A DNA stretch of 63,564 nucleotides, the filler included, from Octopus bimaculoides (Eukaryota): NCBI RefSeq assembly GCF_001194135.2. It is 10 parts of 10 records of this genome, joined end to end, with 100 filler letters (N's around TTAATTAATTAA, not from the genome) between each part and the next. Parts side by side here need not be neighbours in the genome. Positions count along the whole stretch, not along the records: positions 1 to 10,592 come from NC_069003.1; positions 10,693 to 26,534 come from NC_068984.1; 8 more parts are not named here. One strand, 5' to 3'. The position numbers and the translations under genes were made by a program. This document shows positions 1 to 13,264 of the stretch, piece after piece (within the stretch, counting starts at the first letter, position 1; every line of letters starts with the position of its first letter). The notes under the pieces are model-generated. The model worked only from the letters and a program-made list of their open reading frames with translations, was not told the DNA's origin and searched no databases.

Positions 1-505
1 TATACATATACATACATATATGTATATATACATATCTATATTTGTATGTATGTATGTATGTGGAGATTTGTATGCTTTGCTTTATGTATGTATTCTCATG
101 CATATAGTTACATATCTAGACCTGCTCATATATATTTAAATAATAAACTTCTGGAAAGTTTTACAGATTTTTACTGTTCCACTGATGGATTGGATCTGTA
201 GTTTCGAATTAGCTTTCCCCTTTCTGGTTTGGAGAAGTCTAATTTCTTAAAATTGGCATTTAGGCAGTGTGTTACATATCCCAGGGCCCCAATAATTACA
301 GGTATAAAACTAAACTTGTAATCTGGATAGAGTTACTGCAGTTCAATGTATGTATGCATTGTTTTACTTCTTTCAGTCATGTGACTGCTGCCATGCTGGA
401 GCATGTATGTATGTATGCATGCATGCATGTATGTATGTGTATATCTGTATATATATATATATATATATTTATATTTATGGAAATGTTACGATTATTCCTC
501 ATAAT

Positions 506-878
506 AGGTGCAGTAGTGGCTGTGTGGTAAGTAACTTGCTTCCCAACCACATGGTTCTGGGTTCAGTCCCACTGCGTGGCACCTTGCACAAGTGTCTTCT
601 ACTATAGCCTCGAGCCGACCAAAGCTTTGTGAGTGGATTTGGTAGACGGAAACTGAAAGAAGCCCGTCATATGTGTGTGTGTGTGTGTGTGTGTGTGTAT
701 TTGTCCCCCCCCCCACTACTTGATAACTGTTGATGATTTATTTAAACCCTTCCCCCGTTACTTAGCGGTTCGGCCAAACTGACCGATGAAATAAGTATTA
801 CACTTACAGAAAAAATATATAATTACTGGTGTCGATTTACTGGACTAAAATTTTTCAAAGCAGTGCTCCAGCATGGCC
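506..878 (+). mobile_element. tRNA-derived SINE family A, near full length, with internal (TG)n
   Basis: A-box-like TGGCTGTGTGG and B-box-like GGTTCAGTCCC, then CORE-like GCACCTTGCACAAGTGTC, an internal microsatellite and tail ...CCAGCATGGCC. More than 10 homologous copies occur in the window. Confidence 0.85.
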
Positions 879-1689
879 TCAGATAGATGAGCAGATGCAG
901 GGTCAAGATTGACCGGTGGCTATCGTGTTTTTGTAATTGACTTTCTTTTTCATTCGTGAATCAGTAATTTCCGTTAAATAACTACGTAAAACACAATAAA
1001 AACACCATTTTACGGACACTGTAACGCAACGATAATCAATCCGCCATTATACGTAGACATACTGTCTTCAGGCAAAAAAAGGATTTCAGAATGATATGCA
1101 CGGTTTTGACGTCAAATCAAGTACACCAATGAAATTGGTCTAGCTTTGGGCAGCTATACATTATATGCAATTTCATTTGAGAATGCTTAACAAGATAATA
1201 ATTCAGATGCGGTTAGTGGGGTGGAATGTGATTTTTCTTAAGAGTGAAAACTAGCAGCAGGTTATACTAGTACGTTGATTCTTTCGATGTTTAGATTAAT
1301 TATTGCTGTTAGAAATATTCCAACTTCTTTTCATTTTAATTTGTTAGATCGATGAGATGAAAATGACGTGTAAGGTAGATTCAGTCGGTTTTTACTTGTG
1401 GCAGTTTTCTTAACATCTCTTATACGAGTTAAGCGTTCTTTTCAAACTATCGAAAGTAATCGAAAAGAATAGCACAATTTATGTATGTGGTAGGGGGCCT
1501 TCTTTTTGCTCTCAGTTTATTTGGTTTTGTTTTTGCTTGTTTATATTTCCATTCCAGCTCTATCGTAAAAGTACATGGAGTCGACAGCATTTTATTTTCT
1601 AACGAAGCAAAATATTCACGTGATTTAAGATTGATACTATCATGACTAAAAGCTGACTAGCAAAGTCAAAGAGCTGGATGATGATACGT

Positions 1690-1858
1690 AAGCGCGGACA
1701 TGGCCGTGCGGGCGGTTACGAAGCTTGCTTCGCAACCGAGTGGTATCGGGTTCTATCCCACGTTGCGGTACTTTGGGCACGTGTCTTCTAATATAGCCAT
1801 GGGTCAACCAATGCCTTTTGAGTAAATTTAGTCGATTGAAACTGATTGAAATCTCATC
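1690..1858 (+). mobile_element. Diverged SINE family A head
   Basis: Aligns by eye to the 5' half of 506-878 (GCTTGCTT..CAACC, GGTTCTATCCCAC, GTGTCTTCTAATATAGCC). Confidence 0.6.
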
Positions 1859-1917
1859 ACACACGCTTACACATGTGTGCGTGTGTGTGTGGGTATCTAT
1901 CTATATGTATACACACG

Positions 1918-1957
<40 letters not shown>

Positions 1958-2212
1958 TGTGTGTGTATACATGTAGATAGATAGATAGGAAGATAGATAC
2001 ACACACATGCACACACACATATATATGTATGTATCTATCTATATGTATATACACGCACACACACGTGTGTATGTGGGTGTCTGTGTATTAGTGCCTGTCC
2101 TCCAACCTATGTATGTGTGTGAGTGTGTTTGTATGTGTGCGTGTGTGTGTGTGTGTGTTTATGCAGGTATGTATGTGTTTTGTATGTATTGGTGTGTGTT
2201 TTGTGTCTGATT

Positions 2213-2420
2213 TGTTTTCCACCACCGCTTGACAACCAGTGTTTGTAACCTAAGAGTACCCGTAATCTAGCAGTTCGGCAAAAGAGACCGACAGAATAAG
2301 TACTAGACTTCCAAAAGCAACGTTAGTACTGGGGTCAGGTCATTCGATTTGCTCGACTAGACACTTCAGGGCGATGCCCCAGCTTGGCCACATCCCATTT
2401 ACTGCGACAAGTAAAAGATA
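2213..2420 (+). mobile_element. SINE family A 3' half
   Basis: CCGCTTGACAACC...GCAGTTCGGCAAAAGAGACCGACAGAATAAGTACTAG...ACAAGTAAAAGA. Confidence 0.75.
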
Positions 2421-3880
2421 ACTGAGACAGACTTTGACTGCTTTGTACGAAAGATCAAGATTTCCAATCTTTACCAATTCCATAGATTTGTCATTTCAAC
2501 ATTCCCCCAGAATACACCACCCACGACCATCACACAAGAATTTTTAATTTGTCACTGATAAATTAAAAATTCTTCTTATCATTTAATGAAAAATCTATTA
2601 ATTGTTTACCTAATCTCTCTATCAAACTTTCTCTCATTCTTCCTTTCTCTCCCTCTTTCCCTCTCTTTCTCTCCCTATCTATCTATCTATCTATCTATCT
2701 CTCATTTTATCTCTCTCTCTCTCTCTCTCTCTCTCCCCTTACATCTCATTCATTTTCTATCTCTCTGTCTTATTTTCTCTCTCTCTCACTCTCTCTCTCT
2801 CTCTCACTCTCTCCCTCTGTCTCTATCTATCTATCTCATTTATTACTCTCTCTCTCTCTCTCTCTCTATCTCATTTTCTATCTCTCTCTCTATCTATCCA
2901 TCTATCTATCTATCTCATTTTCTCTCCCTCTCCATCTCATTCATTTTCTCTCTCTCTCTCTCTCTCTCTTGACGGCTCAATGAATCATTACATTCTGGGT
3001 TCAAACTCCACCGAAGTCAAGTTTGCATTTTATACTTTCGGGACTCGAAAAAACTATAGTACTGATCCTCTTCCTCTCCCATTTCCCTTAAAATTGCCAA
3101 CCCTGTACCTAAATTGGTTTCAAATTCTTGGTACNNNNNNNNNNNNNNNNNNNNNNNNNNNNNNNNNNNNNNNNNNNNNNNNNNNNNNNNNNNNNNNNNN
3201 NNNNNNNNNNNNNNNNNNNNNNNNNNNNNNNNNNNNNNNNNNNNNNNNNNNNNNNNNNNNNNNNNNNNNNNNNNNNNNNNNNNNNNNNNNNNNNNNNNNN
3301 NNNNNNNNNNNNNNNNNNNNNNNNNNNNNNNNNNNNNNNNNNNNNNNNNNNNNNNNNNNNNNNNNNNNNNNNNNNNNNNNNNNNNNNNNNNNNNNNNNNN
3401 NNNNNNNNNNNNNNNTTTTTTTATATTTCTTTATTGTTTCTCTCTTTTATTTTTTGTCATTTTTTTTCATTTTTTTTAACCAGAACATATGAAACAAGAA
3501 TATACTTTAAAAATGGTCTGAAAAGTGCATGGATGTTTAGGACAAACTAATGAAAATGCTTTGGACAGCCAAAATGTTAAAGCCGAGGTAAACTCTCTCC
3601 ACATGCTAGTAATAGCAACCACATTCTCTTCAAATAGAGGAACTGTTCTATTTTTTGTCCTTCTTTGATCCTTTGCACGTCCCTTGTATCCATATAATAT
3701 ATAGGACATATTTCTCTGCGGATTGAAGGGTACTGCCCAGGTGTCAAAACCATAATGATATCCGTGGGGCAGTTTATGATGCTGATATGTTGAATTTTTG
3801 GTATGGCTGTTTTTGTATACGTAGATTAGTATTACTGGAATGTTGGTATGGCGGTGGAATAGTATTATAACACATCTCTT

Positions 3881-3910
<30 letters not shown>

Positions 3911-3911
<1 letters not shown>

Positions 3912-4067
3912 CGACGGGCTTCTTTCAGTTTCCGTCTACCGAATCCACTCACAAGGCTTTGGTCGGCCCGAGGCTGTAGTAGAAAACACTTGCTCAAGGT
4001 GCCACACAGTGAGACTGAACCCGAAACCATGTGATTGGGAAGCAAGCTTCTTACCGCACAACCACTC
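3911..4067 (-). mobile_element. SINE family A 5' half
   Basis: Reverse complement of the family A head, ending at the internal (TA)n. Confidence 0.8.
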
Positions 4068-4525
4068 GAAGAAACTTGTGAAAATGCTCTGGACAGTCAA
4101 AGTGTTAAGGTATTCTTTGATCATAGACATACTAGTTGTTACCATCTGGCCTGTTTCGTGTACCTTGGACTACATTGGCCAGTGAGTCCTTCATTTCTTT
4201 CAGAAGAAAAAGGCGTAATTCTATGGACATACGACTATAGACTAGTAAGTGCATTTTATGTATGTATATATATATATAATAATATGTAAAGGAAGGTCCG
4301 AGGATTGAGGTGTAGGAAGCTAGTAAGCTTCGAGTAGTCTATAGAAGTTATAAAAAACATCTTTCAGGAACAATAGAGGTTTATTTACGTAGAAGGTTGT
4401 AAGTTTTTCCTGTATCGAAATTCGATAAGCTGAAAAAATTGTTTTTAGAGCTAACGGTTAGCAGCAGGGGTTGCTGTGCATGCGAATAGAAATCCAGAAT
4501 TAGGGAATTCCATTCTCCAATTTTG

Positions 4526-4561
<36 letters not shown>

Positions 4562-5294
4562 ACACACACAAACACATACACACAGATTTAACTTCTAATT
4601 TTTGTATGCAGGTCGAACCACTACATTGCGGTTCGCTCATTGGCTCTGCTTCTGTTTTTTCATTGCTTGTTTATGTGGTAATTCATCGTGTCGCTGTTGC
4701 TTTTGTGCTATTGCTTGTTGATTCGACTCAAAAGATGTGAGATCCATCATCAGAGATCGAAAAAAAAAACAAAGAAAAAATACAACAAATGTGACTCGAT
4801 ATTACTGAAGTATAACCTTCAATTAACTCTTAAACAAATACAGTAATTTATTTAGCTCTCTCTCTTAATACAATATTAATGTTACTTGCCAGAAATATCG
4901 TCTGATGTAAAGAGAGAAAAAAACCAACAAATAAACATATACGTATGTATGTTTACGTGTGTATATGTATATATATATATATGTGTGTGTATGATTGAAC
5001 TTTGTTTTCAGTTTAGTCTTCAGCCGTAACAACGGCAATAGTTACTTCACTGTTGTTTTCGCGTTATGGACGATTTATTGCGTTTACGGTTAAATAAATA
5101 TTGCATATATTCGCATACATACTTCCAAAGATATATGTCTATATTGCACAGACACAAAAGCGCAGACACATATATTCATACATGCGTATATACTTGAATT
5201 CTTTAACACATACATAATATACATATAAATATATATATACTTTTATATTTATCATCTATATATTATATATATATATTTATATTTATCATCTATT

Positions 5295-5339
<45 letters not shown>

Positions 5340-5609
5340 CACAAATATTGATTAATAATATAATACAATATATGTGCTTGTAATGTTATAAATTATGATA
5401 TATATTCATACATACATGCATATTCACATACAAACATAATGTATGTATAAAATATATATTTTACATATATCTAACGTGTGCGTAAGTACGTATCAATATA
5501 TATGTGTGTGCGTAGAGAGAGAGAGAGATGGGAGTGGAGGGATGTATGTATACTGATGCACTGAAAAGACGCAGTGTCTATACTGCAAGAACCAGCATCA
5601 GGTCTGTTG

Positions 5610-5960
5610 ACTGGTGCTTATTTTATCGACCCCGAAGGGATGAAAGGAAAGTCGATCTCAGCGGTATTTGAACCCAGAATGCAATGAGCCGGAAGAAATG
5701 CCGCTAAGTTTTTAGTCCGCCGTGTTAGCGATTTAGTCTGCTTGCCGCCTTCACGTTGATAATAATAATAATTCCTTTAAAGTTTGGTATAAGACCAGCA
5801 GTTTTGAGGGTAAGTCGATTACATCGATCCCAGTGGTTCCGATTTTATTGACCCCCCCCCCCACCAACTCGGCCGAATTTGAACTCGGAGACTAAATAGC
5901 CGGAAGGATTGCCGCAAGTTATTTTTTCCGATACGCTAACGATTCTGCTAGCTCGACTCC
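5610..5960 (-). mobile_element. Two adjacent SINE family B copies
   Basis: TTTATCGACCCCGAAGGGATGAAAGG...GAACCCAGAA at about 5620-5750 and a second decayed copy at about 5780-5960. Confidence 0.65.
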
Positions 5961-6476
5961 GTTTTCGCCGCTGGAGAGCGGGGAGTTCACATGGGCTGTG
6001 AGATATTACGAGGACAGCTTACAATCTGTGTGGGGTTTTGGATAAAAGCTGGGAGGAAGAAGTGGAACGGAAGGGGAAATGAAATAAAAAGGATATCTAA
6101 TATAAAAACATATGAACAGATCCATGTAGCAGTCCTTCCGAAACGAAACTTCTGATTAGAGCCAATCAAGGAATGTATTTAGTCTCGAAGTTTCTGTAAG
6201 GGTCATCAGCGCTGCCCGTTCCCCTCCAGGTCCTGCACAAAAAAAAAATTCAATCATCGGACTTTGGCCATGCTGGAGCACTGCCTTGAAGCGTTTAGTT
6301 GAACAAATCGACCCCAGGATTATTCCATTAACAAAAAAGCTGGTATTTATTTTATCGGTTTCCTTTGTTTCACTTCTAGGTTAAGGGGAATTAAACAAAT
6401 CAACAGCAGTGGGAGGACAAACACATGCACATACACACACGCACACACATACATACATCTGTAGACATATACATAC

Positions 6477-6826
6477 TGCGGCCATACAGGAGCACCGCGT
6501 CTTGAAGAGTCCTTGGTCGAATGAATCGACCCCATTACTTTCTTTTTAAGCCTGGTAACCACTAACTTACGTGGATATAAACGCACCAACACCGGTTGTC
6601 AAATGGTGGTGGGTGATAAACTCAGATACACACACACTCACGCATAAACACATACACACACACACACACACGCGCACACATATATACATACGGTGGGTTC
6701 TTTCAGTTTCCTCTACCAAAGCCACGTGAGTGGCTTTGGTCGGCCCGAGGCTATACTAGAAGACACTGGCCCAAGGTGCCACACTGCGCGACTGAATCTG
6801 GAACAATGTGGTTAGGAAGCAAGACC
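6477..6826 (-). mobile_element. SINE family A near full length, with an extra tail fragment at about 6258-6350
   Basis: Head, internal (CA)n and tail are all present on the minus strand. Confidence 0.75.
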
Positions 6827-6878
6827 ATTAATGTTTTTTCTCTGTTTTTTTCTTCTCTCTCCATCTTTTTCCCTCATC

Positions 6879-6916
6879 CCTTTCTGTCGAAGAGCGTAGG
6901 CTCGAAACATCAAAGA
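6879..6916 (+). ncRNA. Minimal type I hammerhead ribozyme motif, family H2, degenerate
   Basis: CCTTT-CTGTCGA-A-GAGC(GTAG)GCTC-GAAACATC-AAAGA. Stems I and II pair. The core differs from CTGACGA and GAAACGTC by single substitutions. Confidence 0.55.
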
Positions 6917-7009
6917 CTTTTCCATTTTTCCCGAGCGTCAAACTAATGCACTTTGCTTGTTGGTCCTTTTCCTGTCTCTGTCTTTTGTTTTTTGTACATT
7001 TGAAACACA

Positions 7010-7052
<43 letters not shown>

Positions 7053-7087
7053 GCGTGCGTGTGAGTGTACTTCAACACAGTTTCTCT

Positions 7088-7221
7088 TTACCAAATTCCC
7101 TCAACAGGCATTGATCGGCTCGGAGCTGTATTAAAAATAACATTTACCCAAGGTACCGCTAAGTGGGATTGAACACCTGAAACCACATGGTTACAAAGTG
7201 AGCGTCTTAACGACACAGCCA
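7088..7221 (-). mobile_element. SINE family A-like head fragment
   Basis: TGGCTGTGTCGTTAAGACGCTCAC...GTTCAATCCCACTTAGCGGTACCTTGGGTAA on the minus strand. Confidence 0.6.
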
Positions 7222-7589
7222 CACAGCCATGTTAAACTTTAAGGCTGCTTTTATTCAAAATCCGGGTTATCGGAAACCTTACGCTTCGAGGTTTTTTGTT
7301 TTGTTTTTTTTTTGTTTTTTATTCGCTTTTTTGTAAGTGATGATTAAGAGATGAACTAATTTGGTAACATTTTCCAAAACACACAACATGCGTACGTAAA
7401 GCGTGTGTATGTGTAGGTGTTTGCATCTGTATATGTGTGTGTGTGTGTGTGTGTACGTGAATGTGTGTGCGTGTGTTTATTCTTTTTATCAATTCTGTGG
7501 AAACAAAACAAAAAAACAAAAGAGATGAATACTAACTAACGTAATGATTTTCAATCGATTAGCTCTATTATTCATTACTAACAAGAACA

Positions 7590-7597
7590 ACAATAAC

Positions 7598-7633
<36 letters not shown>

Positions 7634-8050
7634 GTAATAATAATAATAATAATAATAATAGTAATAATAATAAATAAATAAAACCCGCCTTTGATCTTTG
7701 CACAGCAAAATTCATCTAGATTAACTTTCTACATTTTAAAAAGGAGGGGGTGAGGTGAAAATATCTAAAGTCTGGTGTTATTGCTGTTGTCCACGCTGTT
7801 GTTGTTGTTGTGGTTGTTATCATTATTATTGTCATCATCATCATCATCATCACTACTACTACTACTACTACTTTATTTATTTTTATTATTAATTTTATTA
7901 TTATGATCATTACTATTATTATTGTTACTATTATTATTATTGTTGTTGTTGTTCGTATTATCATCATCATCATCATCATCGTCATCATTATTATTAATAT
8001 TATTGTTGTTGTTGTTGTTGCTATTAACGTTGTGGTTTTTTATGTTATTA
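7590..8050. repeat. Compound trinucleotide microsatellite region: (AAT)n, (GTT)n, (ATC)n, (ACT)n
   Basis: Direct reading. It explains the poly-I/V/T ORFs. Confidence 0.9.
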
Positions 8051-8280
8051 TTAATAGAATCTTTGACACAGTAGAATCTTCTGGAAACAAGTTTGTTTTA
8101 CATGTTTCAAAGACAGCTTATTCAAACACTAAAACGCTATCGTTTGCTTGCCAAATTCCTCCAGTTACTGCTAAGCAATGCATCCTTATACTTAATATCA
8201 AGTGACTCATCGACTGCAATATAAAATTGTAAAGCCAATTGATTGGTTGGTCAGTCGGTTTTTCGGTTGGTCGGTCGGCC

Positions 8281-8318
<38 letters not shown>

Positions 8319-8319
8319 G

Positions 8320-8478
8320 AACAAAGACGCAATAGAGGACAATAAAGCATTCGGGCAGATGGACGATGCAAAAGCGACAAGAGAAACAACAATAGAAAGA
8401 CAGGCGAAAAAATTCGGGGCATTCGTCGCCTCCTTTCCTCAGTCAAGACCCAGAAGTCACGACCGTTTCGGGCAATAT
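8320..8478 (-). mobile_element. Short dispersed repeat family H4 (Penelope-like?); other copies at about 16657-16935 and 44985-45300
   Basis: 8320 and 16657 share the end GGAACAAA(G/A)ACGCAA(T/C)AGAGGACAATAAA beside (TG)/(TA)n. All three copies share TYGACTGASGAA..(G/A)AATG on the minus strand. Confidence 0.45.
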
Positions 8479-8652
8479 ATATATATATATTATAATAATA
8501 ATAATAATACAAATAATATGTGAGCATATGTATGTATACATACATATATGTACATACCTACATCTACATGTATATATAGATGCATATCCGGGTACAGGAC
8601 GTCAGAAAAATGAACGGGGACATAGGAAACAGAACGAAAACATAGGAAATCA

Positions 8653-8713
8653 GACAAGCCAGTTATGGAATTATTCCTTCATCAGTTGCCTCTATTCTAA
8701 ACTAGGCGTTTCG
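8653..8713 (-). ncRNA. Degenerate tandem hammerhead-like motifs, family H3
   Basis: Minus strand: CGAAACGCC...GGCAA-CTGATGA-A-GGAA(TAA)TTCC-ATAACTGGC-TTGTC. Stems I and II pair, but GAAAC is replaced by ATAAC. Confidence 0.35.
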
Positions 8714-8714
8714 A

Positions 8715-8747
<33 letters not shown>

Positions 8748-9251
8748 NNNNNNNNNNNNNNNNNNNNNNNNNNNNNNNNNNNNNNNNNNNNNNNNNNNNN
8801 NNNNNNNNNNNNNNNNNNNNNNNNNNNNNNNNNNNNNNNNNNNNNNNNNNNNNNNNNNNNNNNNNNNNNNNNNNNNNNNNNNNNNNNNNNNNNNNNNNNN
8901 NNNNNNNNNNNNNNNNNNNNNNNNNNNNNNNNNNNNNNNNNNNNNNNNNNNNNNNNNNNNNNNNNNNNNNNNNNNNNNNNNNNNNNNNNNNNNNNNNNNN
9001 NNNNNNNNNNNNNNNNNNNNNNNNNNNNNNNNNNNNNNNNNNNNNNNNNNNNNNNNNNNNNNNNNNNNNNNNNNNNNNNNNNNNNNNNNNNNNNNNNNNN
9101 NNNNNNNNNNNNNNNNNNAGGAATCGACATTACCACTTTTCTTAATCCTATTTAGTAAAGTCGATTGCCATAGAATAGCCATAGAGATGTGGCGATAAGC
9201 ATTACTTTTTGGTATGGTTACTGTTTTCATCTCGTCTAAAGATTTTCTAAC

Positions 9252-9302
<51 letters not shown>

Positions 9303-10129
9303 ATGTGTGTGTGTGTTTGTGTGTGCGTGTGTGTGCGTGCGTGTGTGTGAGAGTGTTTGAGTGTGTGTGTGTGCGTATGTGTGTGAAGGGCGTGTGTGTG
9401 TGTGTATAAAGTTATAATGGACAGAGAAATAGGTTGATGAAATTTTATTTAACAATAAGAAAATTCTAATATCACGATGAATTGTTTCGTAACTTAAAAG
9501 CATGTAAATAATTTATATTATTATATCTAATAATAAATAAATTACTTACATGCCTGTATCAATGCAAAATGCAAAAATTCCTTCAACTCGAAGTAAATAT
9601 AAAACTATAGAGAACAGTATGTATATTTAATGGTTTGAAAATCCCTCTTAAATAGAAAAAGTCGACGGCTGCCCGTGGAACACATTGTAACCATGTCAGG
9701 CATTCAACCACTGGCCTAGAGCATTTTTTAGAATGTTTCTACCCGTTCTAGAAACTTTATTTTTAGTGGCAAGAATTTTACGTTGACGTCATAAGAATTT
9801 ATAAAGTTTCGAGAGAATATGAAATAATTTTTATTTAGAATCGTATATCTCGAAGCAAATAGTGATATAAATAAAATCATGTAAATATCGGGTTGAAAAA
9901 CCATTTGGGATAGAATAAGTCGAAGGCTGCCATTGGGACAAGAACCGGCATCTGCTGTAGAGAAGACAGACGCCCTACCACTGGACCATAAAAAGACATA
10001 ATACACTTAGATTGGTTTTAATCTCCGATTCAGCGTCAATCTAACTACACATTGTTTTCACTTGGCCTCCTTTGTGTGTTGACGTCGTTAGAGCTTATAT
10101 ACATACATGTGTATGTGTATATAATATAA

Positions 10130-10592
<463 letters not shown>

Positions 10593-10692
10593 NNNNNNNN
10601 NNNNNNNNNNNNNNNNNNNNNNNNNNNNNNNNNNNNTTAATTAATTAANNNNNNNNNNNNNNNNNNNNNNNNNNNNNNNNNNNNNNNNNNNN

Positions 10693-10723
<31 letters not shown>

Positions 10724-11609
10724 TATATTATACATATATATATATATACTATATAAATTTATGGCTAAGTTAGCGAAATGCTAATTTGAAAATTACAAAA
10801 TAACGTGTATATATATATACAAGTATGCTGAGAAATAACAGACTAATCTTCAGAACGATTCATGGTAGTCTAATACATCAACTCTATTACAGAAAACAAG
10901 TTGACCCAATATATATCCTACAGGCGAGAGATGTACTCAGCAGGTTACCACATGGTCATTCGTTTTGGCCATGCACCAGACGGAGAGCTAAATGTGAGAC
11001 TTCTTTCATTCTCTGACTCCCTATTACTACTAATATATATANNNNNNNNNNNNNNNNNNNNNNNNNNNNNNNNNNNNNNNNNNNNNNNNNNNNNNNNNNN
11101 NNNNNNNNNNNNNNNNNNNNNNNNNNNNNNNNNNNNNNNNNNNNNNNNNNNNNNNNNNNNNNNNNNNNNNNNNNNNNNNNNNNNNNNNNNNNNNNNNNNN
11201 NNNNNNNNNNNNNNNNNNGACTATCCCCCCCCCCTCCTATTCCACAAAATTTCAGGTTTTACACCTAGCAGAAAGTTTTATTCGTATTAATCTCATAAAG
11301 GGAGTGCAAATATGGCTGTAAAGTTGAGAAGTTCAGTTTGCAAACATGCGATTTGGGTTTCAATCCTACTGTATGACACATTAAAGAAATGTCTCCTGCA
11401 CTTCTTATTTTCATCAGCAACGCCGAAATAGTCGATAAAGCCAGCATCCCCAGTGGCACTCACAACAACCTGAAAAATCATTTCAACAGGCTCCTAAAAG
11501 GAATTCTACTGTGATTGAAGATTTCTTTGAAACGTGCCCCAGCATACTCCACACAGCCTTGGTGTCGGGGCTACCAATATATGTGCGAGGTATGGTTAGG
11601 AATATAATG

Positions 11610-12490
11610 CCAGGTGGTATCAAAACGTTCCCAGATTAGTCATGCTTAATAAAACATAACTTATTTACTTAAGTTTTAACATCATCTCCTTCGAAATAGT
11701 CACCTTGCACAGCAATACACCGGTCCCAGCGTTCCTTTTTTTTTCTTTTTTTTTTCGGAATCCGACCTCGAAGTCGTTTTCCGTAAGCGAGTCGAGGACC
11801 TTCTGCGATTGGCTCTGGATCTCGAAAACGGTGTTAAAACGGTGACCTTTGAACTGCATTTTCATCATGAGGAAGACATGGAAGTCCGCAGGTGCAGAAG
11901 CAGCACTATGTTGATTTTTCCGAGAAACTCACGTGTGGGGATTGCTCGGTGACAGGGTGCATTGTCGTCACGAAGAATCCAGTTCTTCGTGCTTCGCAGA
12001 TATTTGCTGAATATCCTCCCTCAAACACTTCAAAACGTCTGGCCCTGGAGGTCGAATTCTCGATGCACAATGCCACATTTCTGGGGGTGGCGCTCGTAGC
12101 AGGTCTTCCAGATCGCTCATCGTCTTCTAGGGACGTTCTTCCGCTTTTGAAGAGCCTGTGCCACTCGAAACATTGCATGCGAGCCATTACCTCATCGCCA
12201 TAAGCTTACCAAAACATACTCTCACGTCTTTGTAGCAGACTTCACAAGTTTGACGCGAAATTTCACGTTGGCTTTTTGTTCCAACTTCCTCTCCATGATA
12301 AGATTGCAGACTACAGCATACACATGATCACAAAAACACAAATTTAACAAGTTGCAAAGTAAACACAACGATGTCACTCGGCACACTTCCTCATGAAGGT
12401 CTCTGATAACTTTCACTGCCCACGCAACCGTGTGCTGTCCTCTGTTGGTGTGCAACAGAAGTACTCCGGGAACTTTTTGATACCACCTCC
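11610..12490 (-). mobile_element. Mariner transposon, internally deleted non-autonomous copy
   Basis: Terminal inverted repeats AGGTGGTATCAAAA(C/A)GTTCCC. Translated pieces CFEWHRLFKSGRTSLEDDERSGRPATS and LKGHRF-like C-terminal segment (MQFKGHRFNTVFEIQ). About 880 bp. Confidence 0.85.
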
Positions 12491-13264
12491 TACATTCAGA
12501 ATATTTGGCTAAGTCCCAACCACCACTTCACTGTCTTAGGAATCGAACGTGAATCATTGTATTCACATTTAGAAATAACTAAATAGCAATAGACAGGATA
12601 CTATCGAAGACCGCTGATGTCAGCAAAAGACTTACCCATTCAAATCCGATAAACATGTTAAGAATTTGTTTTTTATCAGTAACTAGTTGATCAACAAAAA
12701 ATATGATGGACCCAGCAGATGTTTAACCTATGAGAATTGCAGTGTTCTAAACAACATATGGGATTGCCATTAACAATTTAGTCATTGGTGCCCTTTTTTT
12801 CTTTTTCTTTTTTGAAAACATTAGCTATCTATATAGGTTGTTTTTCTTCTAACTCACCAGTAGTTGCACCTCAGCCAAAGCCATTGGCTGAATCATCTAT
12901 GCTACTCAGCATCGATGATAATGCTGTTGACGACAACAGTGGTTGTAGTTCAGTAGCTTGAATTTACACCACTCAACATCGGTTCCAGTCCACACAACGG
13001 CGGTTACTGTCGTTACTGACACAACGCTTCATGTCTTAGTCCACACAATTTGATGACTGCTACAGCTTGCTACCATTGCTGATATCATCTCTAAGAACAA
13101 CTGGACAGACTCACTTAGTTTGAATATTCTTTTGTGTTGTTCATCGCAACGGGAACTTTCGAAATATTTTTATCGCTAAAGACTTATGGACGCCATTCCT
13201 CCAAACTAGACCCAAATGTAATTCTACTTACTTATAGTAATGTAACATGTAGTTATTTAGTTAT

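Noticed and set aside
1107-1138. CRE palindrome TGACGTCA with nearby CCAAT/ATTGG
   Set aside because: The same 8-mer also occurs near 9785 and inside the mariner near 23428, and no linked gene is evident.
4612-4740. Segment after acceptor TTTTGTATGCAG giving hydrophobic or Cys-rich peptides in different frames
   Set aside because: No frame is clearly preferred and no homology is recognised.
9660-9990. Two tRNA-like minus-strand heads sharing GCAGCC(G/T)TCGACTT
   Set aside because: They are probably decayed SINE heads; the family could not be defined from two short pieces.
10637-10648. TTAATTAATTAA islands inside N-runs (also near 26579, 30753, 34918, 36334, 50477, 57894, 59062, 62470)
   Set aside because: An identical 12-mer always centred in a gap is a scaffolding filler, not biology.
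12858-12903. Minus-strand MIQPMALAEVQLL followed by donor GTGAGT, a possible first exon
   Set aside because: It lies just upstream of the Gypsy gag relic, possibly in its LTR/leader, and no partner exon was found.
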